Positions 25,258 through 39,100 of a DNA stretch of 64,000 nucleotides are shown here, piece by piece. The stretch's first letter is position 1; each line of letters begins with the position of its first letter. Origin of the DNA: Hydrolagus colliei. Lineage: Eukaryota. The stretch is from assembly GCA_035084275.1 (NCBI GenBank), contig CM068745.1, forward strand, positions 14,694,001-14,758,000, given 5' to 3'. Both the position numbers and the translations under genes were made by a program. The notes beneath the pieces were generated by a model, which saw only the letters and a list, made by a program, of their open reading frames with translations, made no database searches and was not told the DNA's origin.

Positions 25258-27167
25258 TTACACATAAGACTCTTCAGAGAAAAACACTTGTTCAAAGTCT
25301 TCAAATTTCTGATTATTGCAATGGTTCTTCTGCCATTCCTTCTTGCTGTGGATCACAGCTTCAGTCACTTCCTGCGTTTTCAACAAGCAGTTTTCAGCAT
25401 CGGTCTGAAGGAAATATTCCTTCACTGCTCTGGCTGCTTTGGAGGAAAGAGTGACAGAGCATCTGCTCCTCAGCTCCTGGTCAGTCATGTGCGGCCCATT
25501 CCTGTGATTGCTCGCAGGTGACAGCTGCTTCTCTTGATAGATTTTGCTCGACCTTCTCTGTGGGCTCGTAGTAGCTTCAGGCTTACCAATGTTCTCCTGA
25601 CTTTCAGTTTGAAAGCCCCTCTGCACAGCGCTGGCTGACTCAGAGCAACGCCGAACCCCTGCTCTGCGGACAAACCGCTCGCCCAAGGTGAACGAACGAG
25701 ACTGCGGTCGTGAGACTGTCTGAAGACGTAACGATGAACTCTGTCCATAGAAGATGGTCTGAGGAATGTGATTGAGTATCGTCTGGGTTGGGGACATCTC
25801 ACTGCCTGTGCTCTGGGTGGGAGATCTGCAAGGTTTGGAGACTCCCAGGTCTTGCTGAGAATGCGCTGAGTCAATGTGATCCCGCTGACAGGAAGGGACT
25901 GTCAAACCCTTCTCCTTTGATAGTGTATTGCGCAGTGGTGACCGAATTGCCTCCTGGTATGAAGGTGGTCTACCGGGGGGACTCCTGTTTGGGCTCTGGA
26001 CTGTCCCTGGTGCCATCAGGTTGCCACCGGTCACGTCTTTATGTTCTTCAAAGAATGTCTGACACGACCCTTTTCCAGGTGACGCAACAGACAGCTCCAC
26101 CTGTGAATCCGCAGTGGAAGCCTTCAGTGAGGTTCCAGGTTTATCTTCCTGTTTACTTCCTTTCTCCTTCCTCCTGAGGGTCCAGGTCCCACTTTTCTTC
26201 AGCCAACTGTTAGGGTGAAGGGTGACGGGGTTCCTCTCCGCGATACACTTGGAGTTCTCCTCCTTTGCCCTGGAGGTTCTCTTGTGTTTCTCTAATGGGG
26301 CAGCGCCAGAGCTCGGCCCGGGAGACAGGAGGCCGGAGAAGTGTTTAAAGAGACTGGAAGCGGTGGGTGTAGACGGCTGGCTTTTCTGAGCCTGAATCAC
26401 GGAGCAGGTTGGAGCAAAGGTTTCACTTGGGGTAAAAACAGAGCACTCGGAGTTGTGAGAAAAAGCGCTATCCAGGGAACTCATTGAAGAGGCCGAGGGT
26501 GAGGAACCAGGTGAGGACAAACTAGAGCAGCTGGCGGTTGAGGGGATGTTGAGTTTGAGGGGTGGCGGTGGCTGAAGCCGGCTTCTGCTCTGTGATCCCT
26601 TCTGCGTCCTTCTGTGAGTGTTGTTGCTGGTCTTATCCAGGTCTATGCCCATGTTCAGACTGCGGTTTATCAGCTTTTGTCCCTCGATCTGCAACATGCG
26701 CAGTTGAGTGATGTAGCTGTTGTCGGAGTGGGTCATGACGGCATCGCAGCTGGTTTTTCGGATGACGGACTCGTGGTTCTGTCCCAGCTGAGCCAGAGCA
26801 GCAGGAGGCGCTATACTGGGCTCCGAGCAGCGTCTGTGCCTTCTGGGCACCGTCAGCCACTCGGATGTCGAGTAACCCGAAGTGTTGGAGCTCAGGGGTT
26901 CGCTGTCGGAGAGCTCACAGCTCGGAGGGTTACGGGGCCCACCGGGGGGAATTTCCCAGGCTGTGGTTTTTAAAGGGACCTCATTCTGAACCCCTTCGTC
27001 CTCAGGCTGGTCCAGGTCGCAGTCGCTCCAGGTCAGCACCGAATCCCTGCTTCTGTTTTCCTGGCTCCTCTTGGTGATCAGGTCGGACAGAGGGGAATCT
27101 GTGTCGTCGTTCAGTTCGTTTTCCAGGCTGTCATAAGACGAGTCGTGCATTTGAAATGAGGACACGT
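25258..27167 (-). CDS. ARHGAP20: ARHGAP20-like terminal coding exon (DVSSFQMHDSSYDSLENELN...FFSEESYV*)
   Basis: Acceptor cttctttgcag; 635-aa ORF 25258..27165; Ser/Pro-rich tail with RRCSEP, PPSY and a terminal ESYV. Confidence 0.93.
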
Positions 27168-30100
27168 CTGCAAAGAAGAAGCAGAAAGGCTACCTTAGCA
27201 GCAAATTTGTTAACCGAGGCTAAACTCCCAGCCCAAAATAGAGGGAAATTTAACTTGGAAACTGTACCGGCATCATAGAATTGCAATATAAAGATAAAAA
27301 CAATGGCTAAATGCTTGCTCCATCTTTGGTTCGTTGTGATTATATCTCCCTCCTAAGGAGGGTTGTGGAGGGGGAATATAAGCTGGTCAGAGAGGTAGGA
27401 AGGTGGGAGGGCATGTAGTGATTTGTACACGTGTGAGGATCTTCTAATCGATCCATTCTGCGATAGAGAGCTTGTGGAGCTTGGCAAGGCATGGAGTGAT
27501 GGGCTGTGGAGTTTGATGCGGTCGAGAATACGGGCTGCCGAATTTTAAATTAATCGGATTAATGGTGGAGCTTGGGAGACCGACAAGAAGGGTATTGGAA
27601 TAATCGAGGCAGGAGGTGATGAATGCACACATAAGCATGAGCAGATTCCACAGGCTCTCTGGGTAACAGTCAAAATTTGTCTAAACAAATAGCCATTGGG
27701 GTTTCTTGTAGCCCTTGCAATTGCCATGGTGACAACAGCTAACTTAGCACAGATCAGGTCCATGACTTTCTGGTCTCTAGTAATGACCAGTGCTGCACAA
27801 TGCAGTGCATTTACCCACTGGACTATCGATGAATTTCATCATTATTGTCTGTCTGTAGACGACAGGGAACAGGTTAAATTTATTTACCTGAGCCGTCTTC
27901 TGTACTTTCACACTTTCTGGCTTGTAAGTCCCCAATGAGGCTGGTGAAATCATTCCCAAAAATCCTGCGGCAATTTTCAATTAGAAACTGCACAAAGACA
28001 GCAACCTGCAAAACAGGAGAGTGAAACACGGTTATCTTGTTGCTCCTGTGAAATTCTATCCCATCAACAGGACAAAAACAACCTGGAGGCATTAAATTGT
28101 ACACAGCATACACACACACACACACAGGTAAAGATACACGTTTTCTGCCCTCCAATAGAGTAGCAAGATAATGATCACATTAGTGTCTTTGACCTACACC
28201 TAAACTCTCTGGGATTAGCTGAGCAGGGTGTATTCAAGTGCTATGGGAAGCTACCTACCCTGTGATACACATGCAAGGTCTTGTTGTTGTTATCGCTTCA
28301 GGAAAGGAGTGCGTACACTATAACTGATGAATGAACACCAAACACATGTGAAACTCTTTTTGGTTTGGGTTTTGTTTAGGGATAGTGATTGGTGTCTGCC
28401 TGTGTCTGGCACCCACTGACCCAAAAAAGTGATAGCCCAGCCAACGTGGCTCTCTCCGTCACGTCACAGCGCATTTGAAAATGTGCCGTTCACAGAAAAC
28501 AGTGACTCCTGATGGTAACTGGAGGTATGTGACATTCACTATGGGACCCATGTATCTAACTACAAAATACACAGTCATCACGTTACACTTTACCACAAAC
28601 CCTGTGAAGCATCTGAGACCTTCTCACAAAGTAAAAGCCGCTATATGAAATGCAGGGATTTTATTATTTATCACTTTCAGGCTTGTGTAAATGGAGTTCC
28701 TGTGAGGGGTATGTGTGTGCGTGTGTGTAACACACACGTTCATGTTCTCAGAGGAGTCACTATTTATGCTTCCAGATTGCAAACAGCACATTTTCAACCC
28801 CAGTACGTGACGCAAGGCAAAAGGAAAGAAGCCAAATTTTCTTAACCTACACTTTGCCCGCGAGCAAAACTCAAAACAAACTAGAGAATTCTTGGAAAAT
28901 ATATTTTAGTTGGCGTGCCTTAACAAAAAATGTTTTAAGTCCCAGAGCACTTTGGGAGCTAACCTCACAAACCCTGAATCTGCTTCTCCTCTCCACTCGG
29001 GAGACGTGTGGAGTTGAAATAGCAACACATGATACAGCCGAGGTGAGGAAACTTGCTCCGTTTAAATCCCTATCTCAAGGTGAAGCCATTGTGAAGGAAG
29101 TCTAATTCATTATTTCTTCGGGATTACTTATCAAACTTCCACAACTTCCACTTGTGTGAGTGTGATGATAGTGAGATGGATCTTCCCCCAACTTTACCTT
29201 GAGGGAACAGAGTAGAACATTGTGGTTCCAGTCTTGTCAACCCAAACACAAATGTACACACTCTGGTCCACAATATACACGCAGTCACTACACCTTACAG
29301 TACTTTGAGACGACTCAACGATGTAATAAGGATTATTATTTATCATTACACTGTTGGCATTATTGACACATAGCTCAACTGTGGTGGTGGTTATTCAAGT
29401 TCACTTGGGTCTAAATTTTTCTTTAAAAAAGATTCCAGCCTCCCAACCAAAAAACTCACCCCTTACCTTACCTTTCCAATTTTCTTCTCTCTCTTCTTCC
29501 CTCCTATCTTGTGTTAGGTCCCAAAGATGCCTAGCAATCTGCAGAACTGTGTCCCAAAATGAGACCATGCACTCAAATGAGGCTGAGAGATAACAGCACA
29601 GATGGAGGCCGTTCGGCCCATCGTGCCTGTGTCAGCTCTTTGAAATCCAATTCCAATTCCCTTTTGAAAGTTACTAAAAAATCTGCTTCCACCAACCTTT
29701 CAGGCAATGCATTCCGCACTGTAACAACTCTCTGGGTAAAAAAATTCTCATAATCTCTTCTCTGGTTCTTTTGCAACTATCTTAAATCTGTGTAGTCTGG
29801 TTACCGACCCACCTGCCAAAGGAAACAGTTTCTCCCTATTGATTCTGTTCTTTCCTTATACTATTTTAGATTTTCTTTTCATTCAAATAATTGTCCTGTT
29901 CCCTTTTAAAAGTTCAATTTGTTCTGTAGTTTGTAATGGTGTGTTCTATATGTGCTTCTCTGACGACTGTTGAAAGTAGCTGCCTGGGCTTTCATGCGCT
30001 CTGGGAAGCTATCCTGCACGAGAGCGCAAAATGAATGCATGTTGTTGTTGCCTCTCACCTTCTTTGTTGACTCGCTCTCAATCTCTGGGCTGCAGGGAGT

Positions 30101-33100
30101 GGGAGGCCATAAGATACTGGGCGCGATGCAGACAGCCAGGTTAAAGGCATTCATCTGGTTCTCCTCAGCTTGCTGCTCGATGCTGTGAAGAACTCCAAAA
30201 ACATGATGTAGGAGCAGATTGTTGATTCTTGGAAGTAATTCCAGCAGCCTGGAGAAAATTAATCATCAAGCCACAGGGTCAACCATAACATCAGAATTTA
30301 TTTTATTTTTTTAATCAATATAAATTGGTGGTTGGGCCAACAGCCTTTCTGACCCCACTCTGGAACTCTTTCCCAGAGTCTCATCACATCCCTTTCCTTG
30401 CCTCTGTCTCAAGACCTTCCTCCTTCATTGCACCTTTTGTCATCTTCCCCCACCCACCCCCCCATCCCTCTCAAACCCAACTCCAGTTCAGATGTATCTC
30501 TCAACTGCCCAGTGACTTGCGACAACTTCCTGACGTGAAAGGCACTATATAAATGCCATTGTTGTTGTTTTGGAGCATTAAACTGTGACAGAGCTTGACC
30601 CCAACCTAAGAGAGGGAAGCTGATCATAGTCACAATCAAAGAGGAAGGTCTTCAGGTACGATCTGAAGAAAGGCAAAGACGGGAAAGGCGGAGGGATTGT
30701 GGCACTCACAGTATATATATTCCCATAATTTTTTCAATCAAATCAGGATGATTTCTGTTTCCACTGCCTTTCCTATCCCAGGGGCCCTGAGACTAATTGT
30801 AGGACTACTCTTAGTTAGATCAGCTAACTTAACACAGACTGAGGATCGAACCTGGAACCTGGTATATCTGGCTCAACTCCACTCTGTGGAGCAAATTCAC
30901 CATCCAAACTCACTGAGGGTTTTGACATAAATCATCACAAGATTTCTTGAACCTCAACCAACTATTTTGGTTCAAGGCAGAATGCTTTTTAGCACCACAG
31001 TTTGACAATTTAATACATCCCAGACATTAGCTTTTTGTTTCTGAGTGCAAATGTTAGATTGTAGATCTTTTTTCAGCTCTACTCTAGATTGTACCATTAA
31101 TATTTTTAATTACAATAACATGTTGCTGTAGAAAATAATAGATCAAATATCAATTCTTGGAAAACGCCAAGACCCTCTGTCCTGGAATACTGCCGTCAGT
31201 TTAATTCTTATCATTTTTAGACTAATATTTCTGGCATCACTGAAGCGTAACTCAAGTATTCAGTGACATAATAGGGAAAAGCTGGCAATAAATAATTAAT
31301 AATGAAGGAGCTGAAATGTGCTATTGAGAAGTAAGTAACCCTTGGTAAACAATCCTGATAAGGATATAAAATCACATTCAAGACCTTGAAAATATTAAGA
31401 GTTCGAAGCGTTTTTCTCTATTGCATTGTTACTCTACTAAATAATTATTTTAACAAACCACTGAGGGATGCTTTCCATTATGGGGGATACAGATATTGTA
31501 TGTACTAGGAACAAAAACAGAAGTTGCTGGGAAAACTCAGCAGGTCAGGCAACATCCATGGAGAAAGGAAAAGGAGTCAACATTTCGGGTCTATAACCCT
31601 TCGTCAGAACCGTCAGAACTTCGTCAGGTTCTGACGAAGGGTTATAGACCCAAAACGTTGACTCCTTTTCCTTTCTCCATGGATGCTGCCTGACCTGCTG
31701 AGTTTCCCCAGCAACTTCTGTTTTTGTTTCAGATTCTCAGCTTCTGTAGTATATTGTGTTTTGTTGTATGTACTAGGGCTTGATTATTGCTTAAATGGAA
31801 CTATTTGTGGGGTGTAACTGGCATGCTTGTAGTTAACAATTCTCACATAATCATGCAGCGAGATATTGAGAGCAGTAATGCACTATATTACAATTTACAT
31901 TTATATAGTGCATTTCATGTTGAGAGGATGTCTCAAAGTGCTTAACAGAGGGGAAAGATAACTATAAACTGGGTCAAAGAAATGTGTTTTGAGAGATGCC
32001 TTCAAAGATGGGAGGGAGGGAGTCAGAGGGACTCCAGGATAGTTTCTGAGTGATTGCTGTTGATGGTGGGGCAGGCAGGCAAGAGAAATAACACTCAGTA
32101 CTGAAATGCTAATTTACTTCCATGACTGTGATGGTGCGAAGCACTCAGCACTCACCACACCTTGCAAGATCTTCTACTGACCTTTGGATCTCCTTTATCT
32201 TCTCCTTGTGACTTCCCCTTTCCATTGCTGTCATCCAGCTGTTGTACAGCTCTGCGGAGAAAATACTGCCAGGAATATTCCGAAGGAAGTCCTGAATTTA
32301 CAATAGATAAATAACTGTTTAGGAGAGTATCAAACATTACAAATTTTTAAAAAACTTTTCCACTGACTCTTTGCTACCTCTCCAACTTGCTTGTACCGCA
32401 CTTCTCAACCCACCCCCTTTGCTCAGCTGGCTCCGACTTTCTCTCGTTTCCTCTGCTCCAGTATTGGTGGCCATGCTTTCAGTCACCACGCCCTGAGAAT
32501 TTGAATCTCTTTGCCTCAATCACTCTGCATTGCCTTAGCTTGTCCGTCTCAAGACCCTCCTCTTCTTAGGTCCTGCACTGCTTTGGTCACCTCTCCTTTC
32601 TCTCTGGTTTGGCGTCAAGTTGCGCCATTGTTAAGTGCTCCAAGATGCTACCCCACATGAAAAAGACTGTATAAATGCAAGTTGCTGCTGTTGTATTTCA
32701 CAATTAGAGAATCCCTAGCAAAAGTTAACATTTCAAGAAGCAAAAGGAGAGAAAAGTGTTGGGGCAACATAAAATGTATTTTCCAGATATCTCTATGGGT
32801 TATTTCTGTTTTATAAATAATATCATTGGTAATATTTTTTTTAAATGGGCGCTTACATAATTTGCCCAAAGGATTGCTTCAGAAAGGATTGTAAAACGCT
32901 TTGCGAATTATCCAAGATTTCTTAGGTAAAGTGGACTGACAGCTGGATTAGTTCTTTTTCCATTTCAGTACCTGAGCCACAACCCACATTCTGACCGTTA
33001 TGCATGTCACAGACTCACAGGAAATCATGTCAATTAGAAGCCCAAAATCTTCTCTGATCCGTTGAAGGGAAAACTGTGAGTTTCCACATCCAGCGATTTA

Positions 33101-36100
33101 TTGCAATAATTATGTAACTTGAAAGTATAGAAATGGTGTCAATTATATTTACTTTCTAAGGTTCTGCGGCATTTAAAATTGGTTCACTCCACCTAATGAA
33201 TCGCACTGGGATTATTCATTTTCCAAGAGGCTCTTCCTTGCAGGCACAGTGTGCTAATGGGAGGTGCTTATAGTGGTCCCATGCCAAGAATGCAGCCTTG
33301 TTTCACTGAACACTGTTGCTCTGTTGCCAGAGTGAAATATCTTTTTTGACATCTATACTATTCAAACTGTAAGAACTGTTCTACTGTAGGATTAGAATTT
33401 TATTCTGCTTTCTTTGAGATAATTGAACAGATTGCCAAGTGCGTCCAGCTGCTTCTTGATTCAGAGGTGTAAAAAATATTCATTTATATATATTTTTTAA
33501 ACAGGGATACATTTTTCCTTTCACTCCCCTCCTCCCCCAGGTGGTTGATCAGCTTCATGCATATTTTTTTGATCTTGGGATGGAGTTGGGTCTATTGGCT
33601 ATTCATCCACGTTTCGCCCACAAATATACAGTCAATTCACTTTAGAGTACTGTATATTCTGTGAAGCGCTTTGAGATGTCTAGAAGACGTGAAAAAGCGC
33701 CATATTAAAATGCAAGGATCATTATTATTACAGACAATGAATCGCGGTACCAGCCTGATTAAGTTGGTAGCACTCTTGCCTATGAGGTTGTGGGTTCAAT
33801 ACCCTTTGAGCTCACACTCTGGGCCAGAGGTCTCCACCAGTTGATCACCTCGCCATTAAGCATGATTAAAAAGACAAGAAGGATCGATAGAACTGTGTGA
33901 CTATTTCGTCCAATTGAAAACAGAGCCAGGTGCATGAAGTGGAGATAAAACGATAAACTTTTTTGTTGAGATTGCGGTAAATATCGCTTCTTGTTTTTAG
34001 CGAGCATGTGCGAGATGCCACCTTGAGACAATCAACCGGTTGAAAACCCTGGTCTACGTTGCCACCCCAAGCTGCATTGTCAGAGATGTCAGCCTTAAGA
34101 TGAGATATTAAACTGATGTCCTTTAAGAACATAAGAATTAGGAGCAGGAGTAGGCCATTCGGCCCTTCGAGCCTGCTCCGCTATTCAATAAGATCATGGC
34201 TGATCTTCTCACCTAACTCTGATTACCCGCCCCATCCCCATATCCCCTAATCCCTCTATTTTTTAAAAATCTATCAGTCTCAGCCTTGAAAATGTTCAAG
34301 GACTGAGCATCTTCAGCCTTCTGGGGTAGTGAATTCTGAGTGAAGAAATGTTTCCTCAACTCTGTTCTAGAAGGCTGACCCTTAATTTTAAGACTGTGAC
34401 CCCTGGTTATAGATTCTCCTACCAGGGGAAACAGTCCCTCAGTGCCTACTTTATCTAGCCCTTTAAGAATCTTATATGTTTCTACTTGTGGAAGTTAAAG
34501 ATCCAAGTGGACTATTCAAACAGAGAAGGGAGTTTGTCCTTGCGAATAATCCCCCAAATTAACCTAGAACTGATTATTTACTTCATAGCTGTTCATGGGA
34601 TAATGCTGTGTGCAATCTGGCTGTACTTTCACCTGCACAGTCAATACAAGTTAAAGCAAATACTGTGAAGCCCTTTGACACTATAGCAAATGTAAGGATT
34701 ACGATTATTTGTCTGTAACTTCACCAACCCTGAGGAAGCATGAATTAACAAGAACATTTAACAACTACAATTGCAATTGGATAACAACAGCAATAGGAAT
34801 CATCATTTCCCCTCAGAGATGGAAGGTTCCTGAATTAGGTCTTTTGGAAGGTGCTTGAATTAGGTTTTTCTCTCTGCAGCCCACACAAAAACTGATGACA
34901 GATTGGGAGGAAATCATCCAGGGTTCTCCTCATCTCTATGCCATGAAACCTGCTGAAGGTATACACTGGGGATGGAGCTCAGTTGTGATATCCCTCCCAT
35001 AGTCAAACAACCTGCTGACACTCATTGTCCACGACCATGAAAAATGGGCATGTGGACAAGGTATCAGAGTACAGGCAGCCAAGGACCCAACAGGACTCCA
35101 TGCCTCCACAAGAGGAAATTTGGTGGAAGTGACTTTGTCTGAACCCTACTTTTTAGCCGTTTTATTGCCGTGAGCAAATTGCTGTGTTTGCCCAGAAAAC
35201 ACATTGTCACAACCCCTTCGAGTACATCCCATAAAGTGCAGTTGATATATTTTTGGCTTTTTAAATTCTATATGAGTCATTTTCTGGCCTTTTTATGTTA
35301 TTGCATACTTGAAAGGATTTGGGGAAAGAGCTGGAAAGATTGATGTCAAGGCAAGAGGGCGACTTTGAGAAAACAGGTAGCATTTAGAAAACATGCTAGG
35401 ACAAATGTGTTGAGCCCATACAACAACTGATGACAGATTGGGAGGAAATCTGTCTGTGTCATTTACAAAACCATTGGTGTGAAACTTTCTGATCACAATA
35501 ATATCCAGGCAACAGTGTAAAGAGAAGTCCAGGGTTAATGCTGTGCAAATGATGATTTGTGTCAATGAAAGATTGAAGGATGGAAATGACTTGTGTGCAC
35601 ATTTTACCTCTGTGCTACTTTCCTGCCTTTGCCTCACTGAGCATGGAAGCTGTACCCTCACATCAGGAAACCTGAATAACATTTCATTCCCAGCAATGGT
35701 AAAATGAGAGAGGCAGTTCATGCATATGTGAAACACAATGCAGCCTGACTCCATTAATTAAAGTGCCTTACACCAGCATGGCAAGCTCCTCATTTAATCA
35801 GAAAAGGGTGAGTTGTAAATTTAGATTAATAAGGTTTTGGAAACCTTTGGTAGCATGATCATTTTCTGTGCTGCAACAAAACAATAATGACAACTTGTAT
35901 ATATAATATAATAATAACCCTTGCATTTAGATGTAGCACTTTTCATGTCTTCGAGACATCCCAAAGCACTTCACAGAATATAATATTTGTGAGCGAACGC
36001 CAATTGCATGCACACATCAGTTTCGCATAAACAGACGTGAATTGAGTGATCAAATTATTTTTTATATAAAAAATAATTTTGAGAGATTACTATCAGGTGT

Positions 36101-39100
36101 GTAAAGTAAGGAAACTTGTCCAATGTTTCGCCCTGCTGGGAATTGAACATATGTCTCTCGCTTGCGAGGTGAGTGCTCTAACCACTGAGCTGCAGGACTA
36201 CAACTGTATCAGGACTCCATCTTGCATTAAAAAAGTGCCCTTCACTTAGGTGATGCCTCTGAGTGCTTTACAAGGACACGCCAAGCAAGGAAGAGAATGG
36301 CGGAGGAAAGTAGCCATAAATATTTCCCTCCCCTAAGTTCCTCTATTCCCTTGTCCCTCTTGTACACATCCAGTTTTCTCTTAAATACATGGAATAGGAG
36401 ACAGAAATGAAGTGGCCTCTCTTAACGTACTTTAAAAACAGCAGCGGTGACAAACACGGATTCATTGGCTAAGTGCACTCCTTCACCAAAATTCAGCTTC
36501 TCCTTCAATTCTTTGCAGGCTTTAGCATTAGCCGAGCGTCTGAAAATCCCCCTGGTGAACGGACCTTCATGAAACAGAAATGAAAGCATATCCTGCAATA
36601 CAAAAGTGGGGAGGGGAGGCACCATGAATATATGATGAACATTTAACTGTAACTATGTAAACCTGCCTTCCGAATCAGCCCCGACACTTCTAACTACCTG
36701 TATATTGTCACCAATAACAGAGGGCGATTAGAAGGTACATATTGGAGAACAAGAGTAATAGACGTGTGAAAATCGCACAGTGAGAGAATAAGTACAGATT
36801 AAGATTCCATCTCATTGGTATATTACCTGAATTTCTTTTTACAATGCGATTTGATTTAACTTTAAAGTTAAATCATAAAATATCCTCCTGTCCCCTGCCC
36901 TCCCCTCAGCATACCTTGCAAGTAAAAGTCTGTGGTTCCAAAGCACTAGATTAATTTATGTTCCTTTGCTGTAGCCATTTTGTCACTCACCATTATTGGC
37001 TTTGGGAGATTGTCATCCTCACAGATGGCTAGCAGTGGCAGGCCAAAGAGCTTCCCTGGTGTTAGGGAGGTGGGAGACAGAGGCATGCTGTCTAACTGAG
37101 TAGAGGAACCACGCCAGAAGGCCCAGCTCATAATCGACCTTTTCCTTTTAAATTGCTTTTGACTTAGCTCTGCAGAAAGGAGGGGGAAAAACAGCATGAG
37201 GTAAGAGAGGTTTTCTGGAAAACTCATATGTGAAGCATATTCCAGCGTTTGTGTTTCACAGCTGCTATGGTTACCAGAAAAAAATCATATAAATATTAAC
37301 ATCTTGACTGGCCTTGTAGGGTGGCTGTGAGGAACTGTCTTGTGCTTGAGATGAAAACATTCTCTTTTAACAAAACAATTTTAGAATTTTTGCAAACAGC
37401 TGGAAAAAGAGGTATTTAGTGCCACTATGACCTTGTGGTAATCACTTGTGTTTGTTATTTTCTTCAAAAACAAATTGAACAGTGCATTGGAAAGGCACAG
37501 TACTATGAGGTAAAACAACATCCTGTCTCGATTTAAAACAATTCCATATCTTTTATCAGACACTGTGATCGCCTAACTTGCTAATTCACCACACAGCAAA
37601 CTGAATGAAGGAAATGTAATGCTTGTGTAATTTGGAGCATACAAAATATTATAAACAATGTTACAATGGGACTGCTAGAAAATTAAACTATTTAAAAGAA
37701 CACAAACTGCATTTGTTTCTCCTGCATCTGTCTTTTGTCCGTCTACACTCCAGTGTTGTTGAACTTGTTAGGGTAAAGCTGCTTTAATATGAAAGGCTGT
37801 GCTGGTCACTGCAATGCTTAATATATGGCTTTGGTGTAATATCGTAATATCGTGGTTCTGCCACCAGCTTGTCGGTGGCACGAGTCTAGAGCTGTCAGAA
37901 GGATTTGTTCACATCCAGTTTGAGACACTAATAATTGCTGTTGTTGTGGTGGTGATAATATTAATGATAATAATCCTAACATTTGACATTGAACCTCAAT
38001 ATTGATATTGAACAGAGGCATGTGGAGAAAGGAAACTTGTGCAATGTTTCGCCTTGTCAGGAATCAGCGCCTTGGGTCGTCCTCCTGACGTGAAAGGCGC
38101 TCTATAAATGTAATTTTGTTGTTGTTGAATCAAACCCAGGTCTCCCTTGCGGCCTAATCATTTTGTTGATATGTCACAATCCGCTTCACGGGATATACTG
38201 TAAATTTTGTGGCCGTGAAATAGGACTGTATGAAAAGCACGCAACAAAAAGGTTATTCGGCCCATCAATCCTATACTCGCTACAAATCACACACAAGCTC
38301 ATCTCATCACTAAACGTTACCCACTCACTGCCAGGAAAAACATTTGCATGGATATTCCCTGACCTCCCAAAGGTAATCCCACAGAATTGCAGAAACCATT
38401 GTGGCTACATTTTCTTCAACAGGAGTAATCCTGTATGATAGCACAAGCCTAAAAGAAGTGCAGTTGTAATGATGAACTTTATCAATCTGCTCCCCTTTCA
38501 TACAATTCTAAACTTGATGGACCAAATGGTCTGTTTCTGTGATATAACCTCGTTGATAATAATTTGCATTTGATATAGCAGCTTATCACATCAGGAGGAC
38601 ATCTCAAAGTGCTTCACATGATTCACTGTAAAGTACTGTACATGAATTTGTAGGAAAATGTGGCAGCCAATTTGCATATAGAGATGTCTCACAAAGAGCC
38701 ATTGTTGGCCAGACACGGAGAGCAACTCCCTTCTCTAGAATTGATACAAGACATCACGTCTTTCAAAGTATGAACTCCACTTTAAATGCATCATTTCAAA
38801 TAAAATATCCTTTCATTATTTTTTCTTATTAATTAGATTCAAACTCGGAATGAATACTTAAACCCACTGAGGTTTAACAATTGGTTCTTTTCCCTTGCTG
38901 TTTATAGAATCCTGCTCTAAGGATAATATTGATCCAAGCAGAACATTTCTTGGCAAAGTAGCTGTGCAGCATTTATTGGAGTTTAACAGTGTAAACAAGC
39001 AGTGGTATCCATGTCTGGGGGGAGAGCACAGAGGGCATGTTAAAGAGGGAGATGGGATTTGCTCTTTTAGTCACTCAGCTCCAGTTCTGCCATGTGTAAT

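Noticed and set aside
25233-27077. Several + strand and alternative-frame ORFs (e.g. 25788..26177, 26614..26973)
   Set aside because: Shadow ORFs of the GC-rich terminal coding exon.
34892-34913. CTGATGA...GAAA as a hammerhead core or snoRNA C box
   Set aside because: No stem II between the boxes and no convincing terminal stem or D-box arrangement.
35293-35754. 153-aa sense-strand intronic ORF
   Set aside because: Not needed for the spliced frame, no domain similarity, and it includes repeat-derived sequence.
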